A stretch of 64,000 bases of DNA from Eledone cirrhosa (GCA_964016885.1 OZ024743.1:143840001-143904000), one strand, 5' to 3'. Positions 45,921 through 61,229 are shown, numbered from the stretch's first letter. Notes: generated by a model not told the origin, from the letters alone. Numbers and translations are program-made.

Positions 45921-46968
45921 TAATTTTATATCTATATAAATATAAACGTGTGTGTGTATATATAAATATATATATGTATGTATTACCATGTGTAACCTGT
46001 TACTGCATATATCCTTGATTTTAGAATAGGTGCCCCAAATCTTTGTATGACATAAGAGCTAATAAATCGCTTGATATCCTGTCATATAACAATGTTTGAG
46101 AAAGTCCGACTCATCCCATACCAGCTTGGGAAATTGGATGATTAAATGTGTACACACGCATGCACACTTGCACACACAGGGGAAGTGTTAATGCTAGTAC
46201 CATGATAAAATATACCAAGTAGACTCTGTAAAGTCATAATGTTTGTGCCATCATAAAGTGTACTCAATACACTCTGTAAAGGAGCTGGTTTTGGGAACAG
46301 CATCCAGCTGTAGAATTCATGTTAAAAATGGAACTTATGACCAAAATATGATTCTCAAACTTGTCTTGTCTTGGACCGTCACAACTTATCCAATTCATGC
46401 CAGCATGGAAAATGGACATAAAATAATGATGACCATGATTTTATATATATATATATATATATATTAGGTAGTAACATTTGCTTATGCCGTATTTGACTAC
46501 ATAGAATTAGTCTGTTGGTTGGGATTTCAAAAAACCCTCTGAATGGAAAAAAGGATGAGTATTGATGTACATCTACTTTGTGTCTCCCTGTTTATATACA
46601 TATATATATATACATTATATGAATTGTTGGTATTCAAGTTATACATGAAAAATCTCACATGCTGATAGGGAAAAGGATAATGATTACTTAATTAGGTGTC
46701 AAGCTGCTTTAGGCAGGTTAAATGAACTGAATATTGTATTTACAAATATAGAGTATATATGCACTTCAACAGCATCCTAATAAATATGGCCTGTACAGGT
46801 AATCAAAGTGTGTATACATTTTTGGGGGACACCCTGTAGTTGTGAGTGTATTGAACCTTATTAGTTATAAGATAATGATTTTCTTTAATTATACATACGT
46901 CCACTTATCTTAAAGTGGAATACTTCATAACATCTTGTACCACACAAACTGCATTATTAGCAAGATAT

Positions 46969-47162
46969 AAGGCGGTCGATTGGCAGTATCGGTAGAGTGT
47001 CAGATACCATGCTTTGCAGCATAGAGTTATGGCCCTTTATGTTCTGGGTTCAAATCCCACTGAGGTCAACTTTGCCTTTCATCCTTACGGGGTTAATAAA
47101 ATAAAGTACCAATAATGCACCGGGGTAATTGCTGGCCTTGTGCCTAAAGTAAAAACAATCAT
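46969..47162 (+). mobile_element. tRNA-related SINE (second family)
   Basis: TGGCAGTATCGGTAG..GGTTCAAATCCC..TTTGCCTTTCATCC; homologous to 62022-62201. Confidence 0.75.
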
Positions 47163-49221
47163 TAGCAAGATATTCTTGAAAAGTACAAAACAGCACTATG
47201 ACTACATCACATTCAAAATTAAAGTCAAAACACATTCACTACACATTCAAAATTAAAGTCTTTACTTAAGTTCACTGCAAATTCTCACAACAATCTTTCA
47301 AATAGTAAAGATACTATAAGCGTTTGACTTAACAAACCCATTTTTAGATATTTGTTAAACCATTACAGGATGTTAAGAGTTAAAAAATAACTCCAATATA
47401 TTTTATGTAGTTAATTTATTGCTTCCTGGTCAGTCAAAATACAAAGTTGACTATTGTGGGATTTGAATTCATAACATTGAGGCATAAAACTTCCAGTCTT
47501 GCTTTCTCATAATAATTCCATCAACATTAGCATTTTATTTATTGTTATGGTTTAATCAGGGGTGAGTGATGTTTTTCAGAGCCTCCAAGACAGGTTTGTT
47601 GGGAGGAAGGTGTCTTCAGACCAGAGAATATTAATCCGGGAAAAAGAGAAATGAATGGAAGCCTGTTAGAGGAATAATCCTTGTTATTTTGGTAGTAGAC
47701 CTAATCCATCATCTGATATAATACCACCATGAGGATGTAGGTGATTAAATTAACCATAGGACTTCATTGGTATTTATTTTAAAGGAGAAAATACAATCTC
47801 TAGCTCATTGGGATTTGAATTCAGAATGTAAAAATCTGTAACTAAATATTTCACTACACTATCCTTATAGTTGGTACAGTTTGTAATAAGAATATGGAGT
47901 AGGTGGAAGATGACGGGTGTCTTTTGATGAATAGCTAATAAGCCGTGAAACATATAAAGGCAATCCATATATTTTTCTGTGTACCTGTTTATTTGTGTGT
48001 ATCACAACTTTTAGAACAGGCCCACCATATCAATATCATAAAAAGTGACTAAAAGCATTAGTATCAGAAAGGGCTTCTAGCCATGGAACACTGCCTCAAA
48101 ATATTCCGTCTAACCTATGCCAGCATAAAGAGTGGATGTAAAATCAATGATGATGGCTATCATCATCATCATTTTTTCTCTGTTTTCTATGCTAGCATGG
48201 TTTATCACAGCCCAAGACTAAATGGGTCAGAGAACCACTTCCTCATCATACATTCCACTGGATGTCCTTCCTAATGCCAACCAATTTTATCACTTAAATG
48301 ATAGCTCCATTGTAAAACTCATTAAAATTCATATCTTATCTTTGCTTGTATTAAGCTCCAACTATTTTCACCTTGACAATGTTTTAAAGTTTCCTGGCAT
48401 GATTATTATTTCTTTCTTCTTTGTATGCAATAATTTTTTCTATTGTTAGGGGACATGTTATTCAGTTTTAATTTTCTTTTAGAAAATGTTTGTAAAACTG
48501 GAAGGAAATTCTTCACCCATGCATAACTTTCAATAGTCTAAGAAGAATTTGACCATAATTTATATAGCTGATTGCTTCAATAGGTAAGGAGAGAATCGAT
48601 TTTTAAAATGGAGTCCATTTCCTTGTTGAAAAGAGTTTTAGAAATTTTTCTTTTAAATGACAGCAGTTTTAATAAATACATAATTTATGTCTCTTGCAAT
48701 GAAATATTTTCCAATATTTCAGAAGAAATTTTCATACAGCAAGAATGTTTTCCATTGATAAACAAACACAGTTATTAGAATTTAATAGCATTGTTGATGG
48801 TCTTCATTGACAAAACTGAAAATGGAGAATATTTATCTCTATAGCATGAGAAGAAATATTCAATATTCTCCAACATATGGTACACTACACCACAACTGTC
48901 TTATTACTATATAGGTGCAGGCATGGTGTGCTTTGAAAATCCAACTATCCAATTATAGTCAATTAATACACTACTTATGCAAATTATAGTTAGTTAATTC
49001 ACAAATTATAAAAATTATAGCTGTTTAATACATTCATTATATACATTATTTAATACATTAATTATATACATTATTGCCAGTTAATTTATTCTAACCACTA
49101 ATGCAGTAATTTGTAATGGAGGGTGGATAGGCATATGACAACCAAACAGCAACAGGTATTAAATTACATCATGGACTGTCTAAGTTGAAGATAACATGAT
49201 GATAAAACAAAGAATAATAAT

Positions 49222-49400
49222 AATTGTTTCTACTTTTTGGCCAGCAATTACCCAGTACATTACTGGTACTTTATTTTATCGACCCCGTAAGGATGAAAGG
49301 TAAAGTTAACCTCGGCGGGATTTGAAATCGGATCATAAAGGGACATAACTATGCCAGAAAGCATGGCGTCTGACCCTCTACCGATACTGCCAATTCACCA
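49222..49400 (-). mobile_element. tRNA-related SINE (second family)
   Basis: Reverse complement of the 62022-62201 element. Confidence 0.8.
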
Positions 49401-52400
49401 CAATAATGAATAGGAAAAATACATAGTAACATACAGATGTCTTTTAGATGACTGATATATATATATTTAATTCATTAGCAAATTTCTATTTTGAGTTACT
49501 TTCTAATACAATTTATTGTGTAGTGTCAATGCCAAAATAAAATGCATGCAGTCCACCTAATCAGGTGGCAGTGGAGGTGTGATAATAAAACACATCTGAA
49601 ATATACTATGATGTGGTTGTCATTAGGAAGGGCATCCTGCTGTAGAAGCCATGCCAAAATGGAATATATGAGTGAGATACAGCCATCAGACCTGTCAAAT
49701 GTCCCAGAATGTGACAACCCATCTAACCCATGCAAGCATGGAAAGTAAATGTAAAACGGTGATGGTGATGATGTGCTGGTTTCTATGAAATTGATTTGGC
49801 AGCCTTGCACCATTGCAAGCTATTAGTAATTATATTGAACCATCTAATACATCAACTGTTACACTGAAAACATTTCCTCATTAATTCAGAAATCAGCTTT
49901 TGAAGATAAATGACACTATCATCCCAAAGTGTATGTTACTGCCCCTTGGGGAACACTGAAAGGCAGGGGTGGTAGGAAGATTGTTGGAAAATTAGTAGTC
50001 GCTTGTAAAACAATCATCTTTTAGTTATTCAATAAATGCTTTTTAAAAAAATATATTTAAATTTAATTTTCAGTGTATAATTTTTAAAATTAACTTTAGA
50101 GTGGGTTACACTGATGAAATATATTCTCTAGAAAGAGTTGAGTTATAGAGTGAGTCTCTACAAGATCATTCAACTTACTAGAAATAGCAACCAAATCAAA
50201 AACAGCATGATTTCACTTACTAATGAACAACCAATGTTGAATCAATATTGGTACTAGGACCAAATAGAGTCAGTCAATGGGAACACAGCAATTGATAAGA
50301 CTCATTCAGATTGTTCAGTTCAAAACAGTTGAGAGAAAACAAATTAGTATATAAATTAACAAAATTTATCTTTTCAAATTTTCTTCTCAACTTCAGATTG
50401 TTATTAATTATACCAGTGGGACCACAAAGTAACTTACGCCTGGGCTCTTGCATGCCAGAGACTGTTCTACACACTCTCCGGGCCCATATCTTTGGTGTAG
50501 GATTATTTGAGTACTCTTTCTCACTGTGATACATGAATAAAGTTTGGAGTTTAACAGTAGCATGAATTTGTAAATATGTTTACAAGTATCTTTATAAATG
50601 CTTGTATATCTGGGCTATCTATAGTTACCTACCTATGTTCAGACAAATTTGACATACACGCATACATATTAAGGTGTACATGGTAAATATAGACACATTC
50701 AAACAAAGTATAAAAAACATGCACATTTGTGAAACTGATATTATATGTACACACACATACACACATACAGCTACACATAAATACAAATGTATACATAATG
50801 ATAATTGATATCTAAACTGAAAAAAAAAAAAAAATTGCTACTTGAGTAAGTGAAATTTACTCTCCTGGGGGTCAATTTACTTCAAGTTAGAAACCTCTGA
50901 TATGTAGATTGGGTTCAAGTTTAGAGATGTTTTACATTTCTGCTTTGATTTGCTTGTAGAAGTGGAAACATTTTGTGTCAAAATCATCTCCAGTTTCCAG
51001 TTTCAGCAGCTGACTTAGAATCTTTAGTTCAAGTTCTTCATTTACCCAAGTATGCAAATACTTGGACACATCATCAGTAGTGTATTTAAATGTTGCTGGA
51101 CATTCTGTGGTCTTACAATATACACTCCCATCTAGGCGACCTGACCAAGGTTGATCAAGCCTAAGCCTGTATCCAGGTGGTATTCTACTGACTCCAGTGG
51201 TTACTTCTTTTCAGCCAAAGCCATCTAGGTGTCCTTTCTGTTGCTTCTTTATTATTCTTGGTGGTTCTTCTCCTTCTCACTTGCATAATGCCTGGGATTC
51301 CTAAAAGAAATATGGTAGGCTTTACCAAGGGAAATATCAGCATGATTTGGCTTTGTTAACGAAGATTATGAAGGCACCTGCCCATATTTTTTCCAGGCTT
51401 GCTGGTGCCTGACACATCCAGTATAGGATGGACAGGCTCAGCCACAGTGATTACAAGGGAAATATAGTAGACTTTACTAAAGGAATATTAGTTATAATGT
51501 AAATAGAGCACAGAAGTCATAAATATAGTAAAGTAATGTCAACACTCATAATAAACAATTTTGACATCAGTCTTTTCTTTAGAAATACTGCTCTTATATA
51601 AACTATTGTGTAAGTTTTTACCAAAATCTTTTTGCAAGAATGCTGTTTTACAAGTTTGTAACCAGTGATCTCATATTTGCTGGTATGTTAAGCATGTGCA
51701 ATGATTTCTTAATTTAGGAAATCAGTTTTTTTCTTTGGTATTTTTTCTATCAACTTTTCCCTATAAGTACACAAACCAATGGTTTATCTATTTTATCACT
51801 TGCTGTTCTGACTGAACTTTGATTAGAAATTATCGTTTAAAATATTTCATCACAATCTTTTTAGATTATATTTGTATAAACCTACAATGTAATACTACCT
51901 GGTTAAAGTATTTCTTTTAGTATTTTTGTTTTTATATCAGTAGTTATTTGCTTAGTTAACACTTAATATCCTGTACCACATGATATTGTATTAGGCAGAC
52001 ATTCTCTTGAAAAGTACTCTGATTGGATCACATTAAAAATTGAAATCCTTACTTTAGTTTCCTGCAAGTTTTCAGTCTGTTCACTAATAAAGCTATTTTG
52101 GAATATTTTCTGCTAAATTAAATGTTAAGAGTTAAGAATAATGCAAAATAAATGTCAGGTAAATAGGGTTTGTTGAAGAATAATGAAGGACAGAATTGAA
52201 TAAGTATAACTGATGCATGACATTCAGTTGCTTGATAATTGGTTCTCCATCTTGTGAATTAATGTGTAAGTGGTTGAATATTCCACAGACACATCTACAC
52301 TTAATGTAATTCCCAAATGATGCAACAAAGTTGGACCTTTATAGTACAGGTGCAATCTAGTGGGCTTCCAAATAGTTTCTGCCCACAAAATTTCACTTAA

Positions 52401-52988
52401 AAGCTTTGGGGTTTACACAAAGCTACAGTAAAGACACTTTCCCAAGAAACCATGCAGTTGGATCAATCTCAGGACTTCATGCTTGTGAAATAGACTTTTT
52501 AACTACTCAGCGATGCCTGTGTCCTGAAATAAGGTGGTGAATTGACAGAATTGTTAATCATCACCATCATCATTTTACGTCCACTTTTCCCTGCTTGCAA
52601 TGTAGGATGAAATTACTTCCAGTATTTGTTCTGGCTCTCTGCACTCAGAACTCAAATCTTTCCAAAGCCAACTTTGCTTTTCATCCTTTTGCAGTTGTCA
52701 ATCAAATAAGGGACCTGTCTGAGGAGATGGGTTGGTGGAATTGTTAGAGCATTAGATGAAATCCTTTGTATTTGTTACAACACTCTACATTCTGAGTTCA
52801 AATCTTGTTGTGGCTACTTGATAGACTTAATCTGCCACTTGGTTTAAGACACCCATCTGGTCCTTGGGTGACTGATTTATTGCAAACATGCAGGTTTATT
52901 CTCTGATTTGAGGATATCTTCCTTCCTCCTTCCCACCAGTTTCAGAGGCCTTGAAAAGCGTCCTCACTAAAAAGTAATATATATATAT

Positions 52989-53386
52989 GACCTCAGGTAT
53001 TTTTGCCCATCATTGTCATTGACAGCATTTTCCTGTTTTAACGGCTGTTCTAGAGAAGAGTTTTCTCATTTTTATTAGAATTCAAATACACTCTTGCTTC
53101 ATGTCGATCATAGATGACATTGTTTATTCATTTAACTTTATCCTAGCTATGATCAGCTTTCTATTTGGGACGGACACCACAGCTTGAGGTCCTCTATCCC
53201 ATTATTTTCTTTTCTTTATCTTCTTTCGTCCTTCTATCTGTGCTGTTTGTTTTATCGTATACACATCACACCAGCAAAAAGATTTATTTTTCTGATGACT
53301 GATCCAGTATTTTAAAATGGTACTCTCTATTAAAATGTGTGAAACCATTTTGCAGGTTTGAGAGCTGATGAGAGTGAGGATGTGTG

Positions 53387-53422
<36 letters not shown>

Positions 53423-53732
53423 TGTGTGAGAACTTGTCTTGTACATCACCTTTCTTTATTTCCTTCTTCCAGTCACTTTTGTGTGCCAATAGATATCTCC
53501 TTGTCCTCCTCCTCTTTCAATATTTTCTATATTTCATCTACACATCACCCACCTTATAGATTGTCTCTCTGCTGGCCACTGATCTCTGACCTCTGAGGCA
53601 TTTTTGCCCATCACTGTCATTGACAGTATTTGGCTGTTTTAACGGCTGTTGTAGTAATGACTTTTCTCATTTTTGTTGTATGAACAAATACACTCTTGCT
53701 TCGTCTTGATCAGAGACAACAATGTTTATTCA
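52989..53732. repeat. Diverged ~145-bp direct repeats 600 bp apart
   Basis: 52989-53132 vs 53589-53732 (ATTTTTGCCCATCA..TGTCATTGACAG..TTTTAACGGCTGTT..CAAATACACTCTTGCTTC). Confidence 0.75.
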
Positions 53733-53859
53733 TATATATATATATATATATATTTATGAATATGTATATATATATATATATATAAAGGAGGAGGTTATAT
53801 ACCATTTCCTGTCAGCATGACTTGGCAAGCTATTTAGAACACTGGTTTAACCGCTTTAC

Positions 53860-53920
53860 TTCCCTCTGAAGAAGAGATATTATCTCGAAAATTAAGGACA
53901 TTTAAATAAATCTAAGGTAA
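53860..53920 (+). ncRNA. Decayed hammerhead ribozyme in a TA-flanked island
   Basis: CCU-CUGAAGA-A-GAGAUA/UAUCUC-GAAA...CUA-AGG; stem III mispaired. Confidence 0.5.
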
Positions 53921-54011
53921 AAGACTAATTGTCAACAATATCTTTTGCATTTGCATTCTTTATTCTATGTCCATACCTGCATTGTTTTGGCTTTATTATA
54001 CATATACAAAC

Positions 54012-54132
<121 letters not shown>

Positions 54133-54565
54133 TATATATATATTTATGAATATGTATATATATATATATATATGAAGAAGCCACATCTATATGCTTTAGT
54201 GGGTCTAAAAATTGCAATCAAGTATGATTTGGTACTTTATACTATGCTTTTGCTAAGTGTTCTCATGTAATCGTGAGCAGAGATAAACACTCTCTCAACC
54301 CTTCCTACTTTGATCCAGTGGAGCATCCATGATGTGATGGCTGGAAAGAGAGAAGGATGCACCAGCTCTGGGTTGGTATTTTCTCTGTTGACCCTGAAAG
54401 GATGAAAGGCAAAGTGAACAGCAGCAGGATTTGAAATCAGAATGCAGACACTCAGAATAATATCCAACACCCTAACAACTCTGCCAAATCAACCACTTTA
54501 GCTGGATAAGGAAGTTAATATCATACGTTTAAAAATAAATATCCTTAAATCAAATTCAATTTTAT

Positions 54566-54910
54566 GGAGGCACATGGCTTTGTGGTTAGAGCATTGGCCT
54601 TGCAATCGAAAGGTTGTGAGTTCAATTCTCAGACCGGGTGATGTGTTGATTCCTTGAGTAAGACACTTTATTTCACATTGCTCCAGTTTACTCGGCTGTA
54701 GAAATGAGATGATAGGGACTGGGGTCCATATCATTCCACTGCAAAGTGGTCGTGGAGGTGTCATGGCAAAAAAGCACCCAGCAGTCACTGTAAATGAGGT
54801 TGGTGTTAGGAAGGGCATCCAGCTGTAGAAATCAAGCCAGAATCAGTTCCCGTCGCACCCTTGCAAGTAGGGAAAAAGCGGACGTAAATGAAATGATGAT
54901 GATGATGATG
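54566..54910 (+). mobile_element. tRNA-SINE head followed by RTE 3' UTR segment and (GAT)n tail
   Basis: 54566-54710 matches the 36583 SINE; 54737-54850 matches 35700-35810; ends GGACGTAAA..GATGATGAT. Confidence 0.65.
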
Positions 54911-55745
54911 ACCAGAATAAGTACCCTAATGACAAAGAACACACCGCTTGAAACTTAGTGTAAATGTAGATATTGCTAGAGATCTTCTTATGTTATTCTT
55001 CTACCCATTTTCTCATGCCATCATCATTTAATGCCTGTTTGCCGCTGCTAACACAGCTTAGATGGGTCATCACGGACCAAATCTGTACTTAACCGGAGTC
55101 ACTGATTTTTTAGATGGTCTGGGGCCACATCCCACATACATTCCTGCATTCTACAGAGTGCACTGTGCTTTTTATGGGGGCACCAACACCATGCAGTTTG
55201 TCATGTCTTTGACACAACTGAAAAGTTCTCTCGACCCTTTGTTTGAAAAGTTTTCTAATGTTGGATTCCCTTCTTCTCAGAAACCTCTTTCTCTACAGAG
55301 TGAATTGGGTTGAAATATATCTTGTCACCTATACTAGAGAGGTTGTCATGCTCATGACACAACTGAAAAGTCCCCTCAACCTTTCCTTTGGCATTTCATG
55401 CCGTAGCACTTTTGTAGCCTGATAACCTTTAGGCTTTTTGACCTCAAACTGCACTGAACTTTCAAATATCTGCATTTCTTTGGCATTTAAAATAGACTTG
55501 TCACTATACAAAAGTTCTAATAAGTGTGTATGTGCATGAACCTCTAAGTGAATATGTAGATATGTGTTTAAATAAATGTGTAGATGTGTGTGTCTGTGTG
55601 TGTGTAAGTGAATGTGTGGAAATATTTTCAAGTGAATGTGTGTGTGGTATATAAGTGGATGTGTGTACTTGCGCATGTAAGTGAATGTGTATATATATGT
55701 GACATACAGTTTAGAAACAGCAACACTTACACTTGTGGCTCCTGG

Positions 55746-55790
<45 letters not shown>

Positions 55791-55798
55791 CAGACACA

Positions 55799-55848
<50 letters not shown>
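55746..55848. repeat. (GACA)n(CA)n microsatellite
   Basis: Direct reading. Confidence 0.95.
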
Positions 55849-55849
<1 letters not shown>

Positions 55850-56049
55850 CTATTAGAACATTGATATTGTTTGGATAGACCTACAATTTCTGTTTTATAC
55901 ACGTAGGAAAATGGGAAGTTGTGTCATTCATACTTTTCTCAGAACATTCGTGAAGGCAGATGATTTTATTTGTGATTTGAAATAGCTAGAAGTTAAAAAG
56001 GTGTAACTAAGTACTACACTGCATAAGGGACAGGGGTGGTTGTGGTTTG

Positions 56050-56825
56050 ATGAAACCCTCATGGTATTCAATAACATCAGAGATATGGGTGTAATAGTTG
56101 ATAACAACAAAAGCTGGGCCACTCATATAAACAGCAAAGTTAACATGGCCCGCAGGATGTATTGATGGATTCTCAGAACTTTCCAATCGAGAGATATCCA
56201 CACCATTTTCCTTCTCTTCTCTATGTTTGCCCGACACCACCTTGAATGCTGTTGTCCACAGTGGTTGCCCCACATGATACAAAGTATTATGAAAATTGAA
56301 GCAGTTCAAAGGTCAGACACAAAAAAAGATAGATGTCATGACAGACCTTGACTATTGGAGTTGACTAGAAAAGCTCAAACTTTACTCACTCCAATGCTGC
56401 CGTGAGCATTACATTATCTGCATTATGTAGAAAATATTCCATTAGCATTGCCCAAATGATGTTAGCATCATCTTTAAAGTACATCTAAGGTTTGGGCCCA
56501 GTGCTATCCACCCACAACAAAAATCAAACTTGCATATCATAACAACATTACGGCACAATTATTTCACCTTAACTGGGCACGCTCTCTTTAACATTACACC
56601 AAAATGCTTTAAATCAGAAACAGATCCCATAAAATTCAAAAAGTCTTTGGACAAATTCCTCCAAGAAATCCCGGATAAACCTACACCTGGATAGATCTCC
56701 ATAAACAATAACTCTCTACTTGAGTGAGCCATGATGTTGAAATCCTGATTTGAAAGTCCTCGCCAGGTGGTGCTATTAAGTTAGACATGGCCTGGACCAA
56801 TACTGGCCAAAATGTATCAAAGTTC
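56050..56825 (+). mobile_element. Older decayed CR1-group LINE 3' fragment
   Basis: Diverged match to the reverse complement of 22630-23410, including the 3' UTR CGCCAGGTGGTGCTATTAAGTTAGACATGGCCTGG. Confidence 0.85.
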
Positions 56826-57163
56826 TGTATATATATATATATATACACACATACACAGTTGTTCTCCAGTTTTTGTGGGGGTTATATTCCTAGAGCACCT
56901 ACAAAGAGTGAAAAACTGCAAATATTGGATGTGGTCCATAAAAATGCCTATAAACATCAAAACATAATATAAAATATAGACCAGCAAATACAGTATATTG
57001 TTATTAATAATTTAGCATTAAAAAGCGTGAAAAAATATATATTGCCATGAAAAAAGGCATAAAAAATTGCACACACACACACAAACTACAAATTCCTTCT
57101 CTCTCTATATATATATATTTATATATGTATATTGTAAATATACACTATAAAATCAAGGTTTAA

Positions 57164-57362
57164 CTCTTAACATCCTGTAAATATTTAGCAGAAAATGTCT
57201 AAAAGCAGGTTTAATTCGAATATTTATAGTGTCTTTACTAGTGGACAGTTCATTGTGAAAATTTGCAGTAAACTAAAAACTTAAATTTTCAATGTGATGC
57301 CATTTTGTATTTTTCAGGAATGTTTTGCTAATGCAATTTCATGCAGCACTGGACTTTAAGAG
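57164..57362. mobile_element. TTAA-flanked MITE
   Basis: TTAA-CTCTTAA...TTAAGAG-TTAA; related ends at ~47345-47383, ~52105-52134 and ~63810-63857. Confidence 0.55.
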
Positions 57363-58354
57363 TTAATTAGCTGGAAATTTATTATATGAAGAGCCTATTT
57401 ATTTCTTCCAGATAAATCTGAAACAAATGTACCATTAATAATAGTTGACATGAATCAGTAAACTGTTTTAAAGAAAAATTGATTTAATTGGGTATCATCA
57501 TCATTATTTTACATATGCTTTCCAAACTGGTATGGGTTAGAATGGTTGTCACAGTTTGAGATCAGTTGAGTTAGAGTGCCCATTATGTTCCATATTTGGC
57601 ATAGTTTCTGTGGCTGGATGCCTTTTCTAACGTCTACATTGGATAATTTCTGTTACATGTAAATTTACGTTTAATTGATTTATATTTTAGATTGTTTTTC
57701 ATAAAATTAGTAACTTTGTTGGTTTTATGAAACTTGAACCACCAAAACTTTGGTATGGACCTTTAGCGATTCTCCTAGACCACATTGTGTATCACAGATT
57801 TAAAATATGTGTGTTTTGAAAAATATTTATTGCACTATGCATAAATTATTTTGCATTTCTGAAATCCATTAATTTTCTCTGTTTAATGCACTTCCTTCTT
57901 TCAGCTTTAACTAGACAGATTGTTTCCAATATATTCAAATAGTAGAGAAATTATTTTAAAATGTTGATGGCTTTGAATGACCATGTACCATGAGTAGAAA
58001 ATTGATAGAGCTATTAAAGCATCAGATTAAATTCCATGTGGTATTTTCTTTGGCGCTCTGTGTTCTAATTTCGAATCCCACTAAAGTCAACTTTACCTTT
58101 TATCTGTTTGGTATCAATGAAGAAATTATCAGTAGAGAACAGGGAATTGGCAGAATTGTAGAGCGTTAAATGGTATGTCTTTTGCATTCTCAGTATACTT
58201 GCAACAACACTGATGCCGAGTTGTATTGGTTCCTCCTTGCCTTTCCATTGGACAACATTTTGTGGGATGAGATTGTATGGAAAGGGAGAACTTGCCTGCA
58301 TACGCAACTGCTGGTTTTCAAGAAAAAAAATCTTTGTCCAAGTCACTGTCTTAA

Positions 58355-58561
58355 CCCTTTAATGTTCAAACTGGCCAAAACCGGCCAGAATTCTCTACCT
58401 CTTTCTGTTGAAACTGGTTGTAACTGGTCGCTCAAACTGATGTTAAGGTATTGTTCTCAAAATAAATACTTTCAAAATGTCATAGATTCGATATTATGTG
58501 AGGTAAAGCCTTTACCATGAAAATACAATAGTATATATAGAGTAATGTGAATGCTAAAGGG
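58355..58561. mobile_element. piggyBac-like MITE
   Basis: TTAA-CCCTTTA...TAAAGGG-TTAA. Confidence 0.65.
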
Positions 58562-60980
58562 TTAAAGAGAAACTTTCCCAGTGCAGATCCATTGTTTCTG
58601 CGACATACAGAAGCCATAGGTTCAATGAATAGCCTTTACTAGGATTCCTCCAAAAGCAGTGAAATTTAAGTTTCAATTATTGATTAAATATTGATTAAAA
58701 CCTGTTTCTTCACCACCAGAAACCAACGTTTGACCTCTTTAGAACGTGTGGGTCCCAACTGGAAAAAAATTCAAAACTATTGAGATATCTAGATCAGAAA
58801 TGAATGAAATAAATTAAGTTCATTAAGAGGAACAACCAAGTAAATATTTGATTAATATAAAATTATAGAATAGTGAAGAAGCAAATGCTGTTTGTCATCA
58901 TTCTTATAGAATGTTACATTCATCTAATTGTATTACTACACCACACATGTGTAAAGTGTTAGCAGCCCACCTCAAATGATTTGGTTGACTAATTTTTCAG
59001 ATGTTATTATAATGAAGTATTGCTAAATAAAATTAAAAATTAATTCATTTATAAGGACATATAATGTTATTTACTGGCATGCTTACATGAATTAATTGAC
59101 AAATCAGTAAAAAGAACTGGTGTTGAGATTTAATGGAAATTCATTAGTCATATTAATATTTTACATTTTGTTTTTTCCCAAGATTTCAAGATCTACTTTA
59201 TAGATATTTTTAATAAAAACATAAATAAGTGGATTATTTTATAAGATTAAATCAGTGTCATCATGATCATCATTTTTATGTCTGCTTTCTATGCTAGCAT
59301 GATTTGGACTGGCTGTTATGGTCGGAGTCTGGTTTTATTTGGAATTACTATCCTCTTAGACTAGTTGGAGAATCACATATCGTATACTCCATTTCTGGCA
59401 TAGCTTCTACAGTTGGAAACCCTTCCTAACACCAACCACTTTATAGAGTGGATGCATTTTATTGTGACACCATATTGTTATGTTCTTGACAAGACTTAAA
59501 GGGTCCTTTTGATCCTACAGTGTCTCTGATTGACTGTTACCTTACAGAGTATACTGAACACATCCATATCATTTTACATTCAGTTTTCCATGTTGAGATG
59601 AGTTTGACAGGTTTGTCACATTCCATTGTCATCTGATACACTCAAATAAAAAATTCTCAAATCTCTATTGTGCTGTATGACACAGTTTTTTTTTACACTA
59701 CACTTAAAATAAGGCATGGGTTGATGTCTGGAAGAACACCCAGCAGTAGAAACCTACCAGCTGAGGATTTCATCCAAACCATTAAAGCATAGAAAAACAG
59801 ACACTAGAAGGTTGATGGTGATAGGTTAATAATTTCTAAAATGGCAGCATGACCTCAAAATGTGGGGTGGATATTGTTGATTAATGAGTAATATCCTGCT
59901 GGAGGCAACTTTTTCTTTCATCCTTTAAGGGTCAGTTATATATAAAGGGATGTAACTAAATACCATAAGGCATTTTGTGTGACTCTCTACCAATTCTGGC
60001 ATTTATTAAATTGTAGTAAAACAGTTAGGAGAAATCTACTTGACAGTGAAACTAAAATTAGACCTTGTTCAGATTAAATAGAAGATAATATCAGCAATAG
60101 AAAAACCAATCGAAACACAATTTCCTTAGTTCAATCTAACAATTGGGCCCTTTACATCTTTTTGTTGTTGATATTTTTCTTCTAAATAAGGGTGAATCTT
60201 ATACACCAATACATTTTATATCCTGGAATACATGGTAAATAGTACTTCAAAGTTTTTTTATTGTATCTTTACTGTGGGTAACAATCAGAATAATTAGTCA
60301 AATTTCTGATCTGTTTGACCTATAACTTATTAGAGTGTCTAGAAGACAGAAATCTATATATAGACAGTGGTTCTGTTAAAAATCTATGATGATTGCAATG
60401 TTATTTTATCATTTTCTGTATTTTAGCTACATATATATTGTTGGTCAGGGTTTGTGGACCAACCATGACCGCTCCATCCTATTTTCAGACAATGTATCCA
60501 AGACTACATTATCAAATATAACCTCCCCTTTTTAAGGTAAAGGTAAAACATTGTGTGTGAATTGCTGATCAAGCAGGTTTATAATCATCTTATTTTCAGA
60601 CAATATATGAACTGTTATCTGTAACTTACCTTTTTTAAGATTGTATGGTTTAGAAGGAATTTGGATATTACTTCTAGCAGCTTAAGAAAACACCCAGAGG
60701 TTCTCTCATTGGCATCCAACTATAAAACATTGGTTTGAAAAAGAATCTATAATGAGCAAAATGCTTTTTATGGAGCCTGTGAGGGTAACCCTTGCTTTAG
60801 CAGGGGAAAATGGCCTTAAAACGCTTGCTGCATATGGATGTATAAACACTAAAAAAATTATGCATGTTAGGACAAAAAGATTATATTTATATAATTTTAT
60901 CCAAATTGCAAGCCAATACATATGAGTATGTGCATGTGTGCTTTCACACACGTGTGTGTGTGTGTTATATGTATGTTATG

Positions 60981-61029
<49 letters not shown>

Positions 61030-61087
61030 AACACACATATACTGTTAAATACCTTCAGTTAACTACATATACACATGCACATACACA

Positions 61088-61121
<34 letters not shown>

Positions 61122-61126
<5 letters not shown>

Positions 61127-61224
61127 ATTACAATATTAAATAAATGGAAAACTATATTTATAAAACCATATTTATTTCATTATATATATTTCGGGGATAT
61201 CATATTAACAATATGCTATGCCTT

Positions 61225-61229
<5 letters not shown>
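61122..61229 (-). mobile_element. PLE terminal fragment truncated within HHR core (related to the 41.4-kb family)
   Basis: Shares AACTATATTTATAAAACCATATTTATTTCATTATA with ~41467-41501; minus strand starts at (T)GATGA. Confidence 0.7.

Noticed and set aside
53285-53365. CTGATGA...GAAACC..GGTT hammerhead candidate
   Set aside because: No convincing stem I or stem II pairing.
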